DNA of 26,106 nt from an uncultured Candidatus Saccharibacteria bacterium (lineage in GTDB: Bacteria > Patescibacteriota > Minisyncoccia > Phycocordibacterales > Zambryskibacteraceae): contig CAZBQU010000002.1 in NCBI GenBank assembly GCA_964494215.1, positions 1-26,106 of the forward strand, in the 5' to 3' direction. Below are positions 25,185-26,106 of this stretch, in pieces (position 1 is the first letter of the stretch; every line of letters begins with the position of its first letter). The notes below the pieces were generated by a model, which saw nothing but the letters and a program-made list of their open reading frames with translations, searched no databases and had not been told where the DNA came from. Both the position numbers and the translations under genes were made by a program.

Positions 25185-25919
25185 TCATTGCTTTGGTGAA
25201 AGCAGAAATAAAGCTACCCCATCATGAGGAGAGGCGGGGTCACCTTTTCTATCATCAACCCTCGTCCACTCGTTACGATCTCGCCTATAGTAGCAGGATT
25301 GTTCTAATTTGAAATATTTTGATAGCTTCTGTTCCAATTCCTCTCGGGTGTAAACTCTAAACCATATTCCTGGGACATGGGAAAGTGCGTATGGAAAGCT
25401 TACCACTGCCCTTCCGCCTTGCTTGAGACTCTCAGAGATCTTTTTGAAAGCTTCCTCATCAAGTTTATTATCCGAGATATCATCTCCACCATATCTCTTG
25501 GAAAAACCAAAATGCTCTATCGTTGAGAGGCTATAAATAAAATCAAATTTTTCTGAGAAAGAATGAGCCAAGAAATCTCCTTGAAGACTCGTCAGATTCT
25601 TGTGTTTAAAGGGGTATGGGCGGAGATCTATCGCGGTCATATCGAACCCCAAGCTCGCCAATTCCAATGCCGTACTCGATGCCACATGTCCTATTTCTAG
25701 AACCTTTCCTTCTCTTTTAGGAAAGATCGCTCCTATCCACTCATGAAGCATCGGTAGCTCGATGATGCGCTCACTTATGACAAGGTCTTTATTGATATCG
25801 ACATTCTGACCATATTTTTGCATAAGCCAGGCCACTAGGCCCTGCCTACCTATTCTTTCAACAACAACCTTTATAGGATGTTCTAAGGGATACGAGTAAC
25901 TGGCTTTAAATTTTTTCAT
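25185..25919 (-). CDS. Class I SAM-dependent methyltransferase (DUF268-like)
   Basis: VLEIG, AIDLR, FDFIYSLSTIEHFG..RYG. Confidence 0.8.
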   Translation of the reverse strand: MKKFKASYSYPLEHPIKVVVERIGRQGLVAWLMQKYGQNVDINKDLVISERIIELPMLHEWIGAIFPKREGKVLEIGHVASSTALELASLGFDMTAIDLRPYPFKHKNLTSLQGDFLAHSFSEKFDFIYSLSTIEHFGFSKRYGGDDISDNKLDEEAFKKISESLKQGGRAVVSFPYALSHVPGIWFRVYTREELEQKLSKYFKLEQSCYYRRDRNEWTRVDDRKGDPASPHDGVALFLLSPKQ

Positions 25920-26106
25920 ATAAATCTATATATTGCCTTGCTTTGTCTTCCCAAGTATTTTTCGAAGCTAGTTCTGTTGCTCCGAAAGCAAGCTTCTGGC
26001 GGAAAAGATCATTATCAACGATATGGATGATTTTATCCACTATCCCCTTTTCATCTTCTCTCCTAACCAAGAAACCGCTTACTCCATCACAAACCGCATC
26101 ATCTGC
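25906..26106 (-). CDS. Glycosyltransferase family 4, C-terminal fragment (truncated by the window edge)
   Basis: Hand translation ADDAVCDGVSGFLV...NTWEDKARQYIDLYEKI*; not in the ORF track. Confidence 0.82.
   Translation of the reverse strand, partial: ADDAVCDGVSGFLVRREDEKGIVDKIIHIVDNDLFRQKLAFGATELASKNTWEDKARQYIDLYEKI

Noticed and set aside
19459-25187. Alternative genetic code 25 (TGA=Gly)
   Set aside because: TGA ends neuB and two methyltransferases at sensible positions (including an ATGA overlap), and long genes contain no in-frame TGA.
26033-26041. Near-consensus DnaA box TTATCCACT
   Set aside because: One mismatch and inside a coding sequence; expected by chance.

Overview
Compact bacterial chromosomal window, most likely from a Patescibacteria/CPR (Parcubacteria-type) genome. 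That assignment is inference from gene content, the absence of Shine-Dalgarno motifs, and tight gene packing; TGA is used as stop, so the code is 11. Left to right: (1) a giant minus-strand ORF missed by the ORF track (4357 to beyond position 1, at least 1452 aa) with an N-terminal excisionase/MerR-like HTH, one TM helix and a long repeat-rich fibre/adhesin-like ectodomain, divergent from a small MerR-like HTH gene; (2) a minus-strand housekeeping run secA - DedA - thioredoxin-like - dsbB - MYG1 - obgE - gatB; (3) an unannotated 29-aa lysine-rich micro-ORF with its own terminator, a structured ~80-nt leader and a perfect DnaA box upstream; (4) an O-antigen-ligase/TPR gene divergent, across only 28 bp, from a Wzx flippase and an SGNH gene; (5) a visibly AT-richer nonulosonic-acid surface-glycan cluster (GT4s, NeuB fused to a TIM-barrel domain, NeuA, a TagF-like GT-B protein, four SAM methyltransferases) that continues past the right edge. 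Most transcription units show a -10 box 6-12 nt upstream of the start codon, which suggests leaderless or very short-leader mRNAs. No rRNA, tRNA, CRISPR or transposase was seen.
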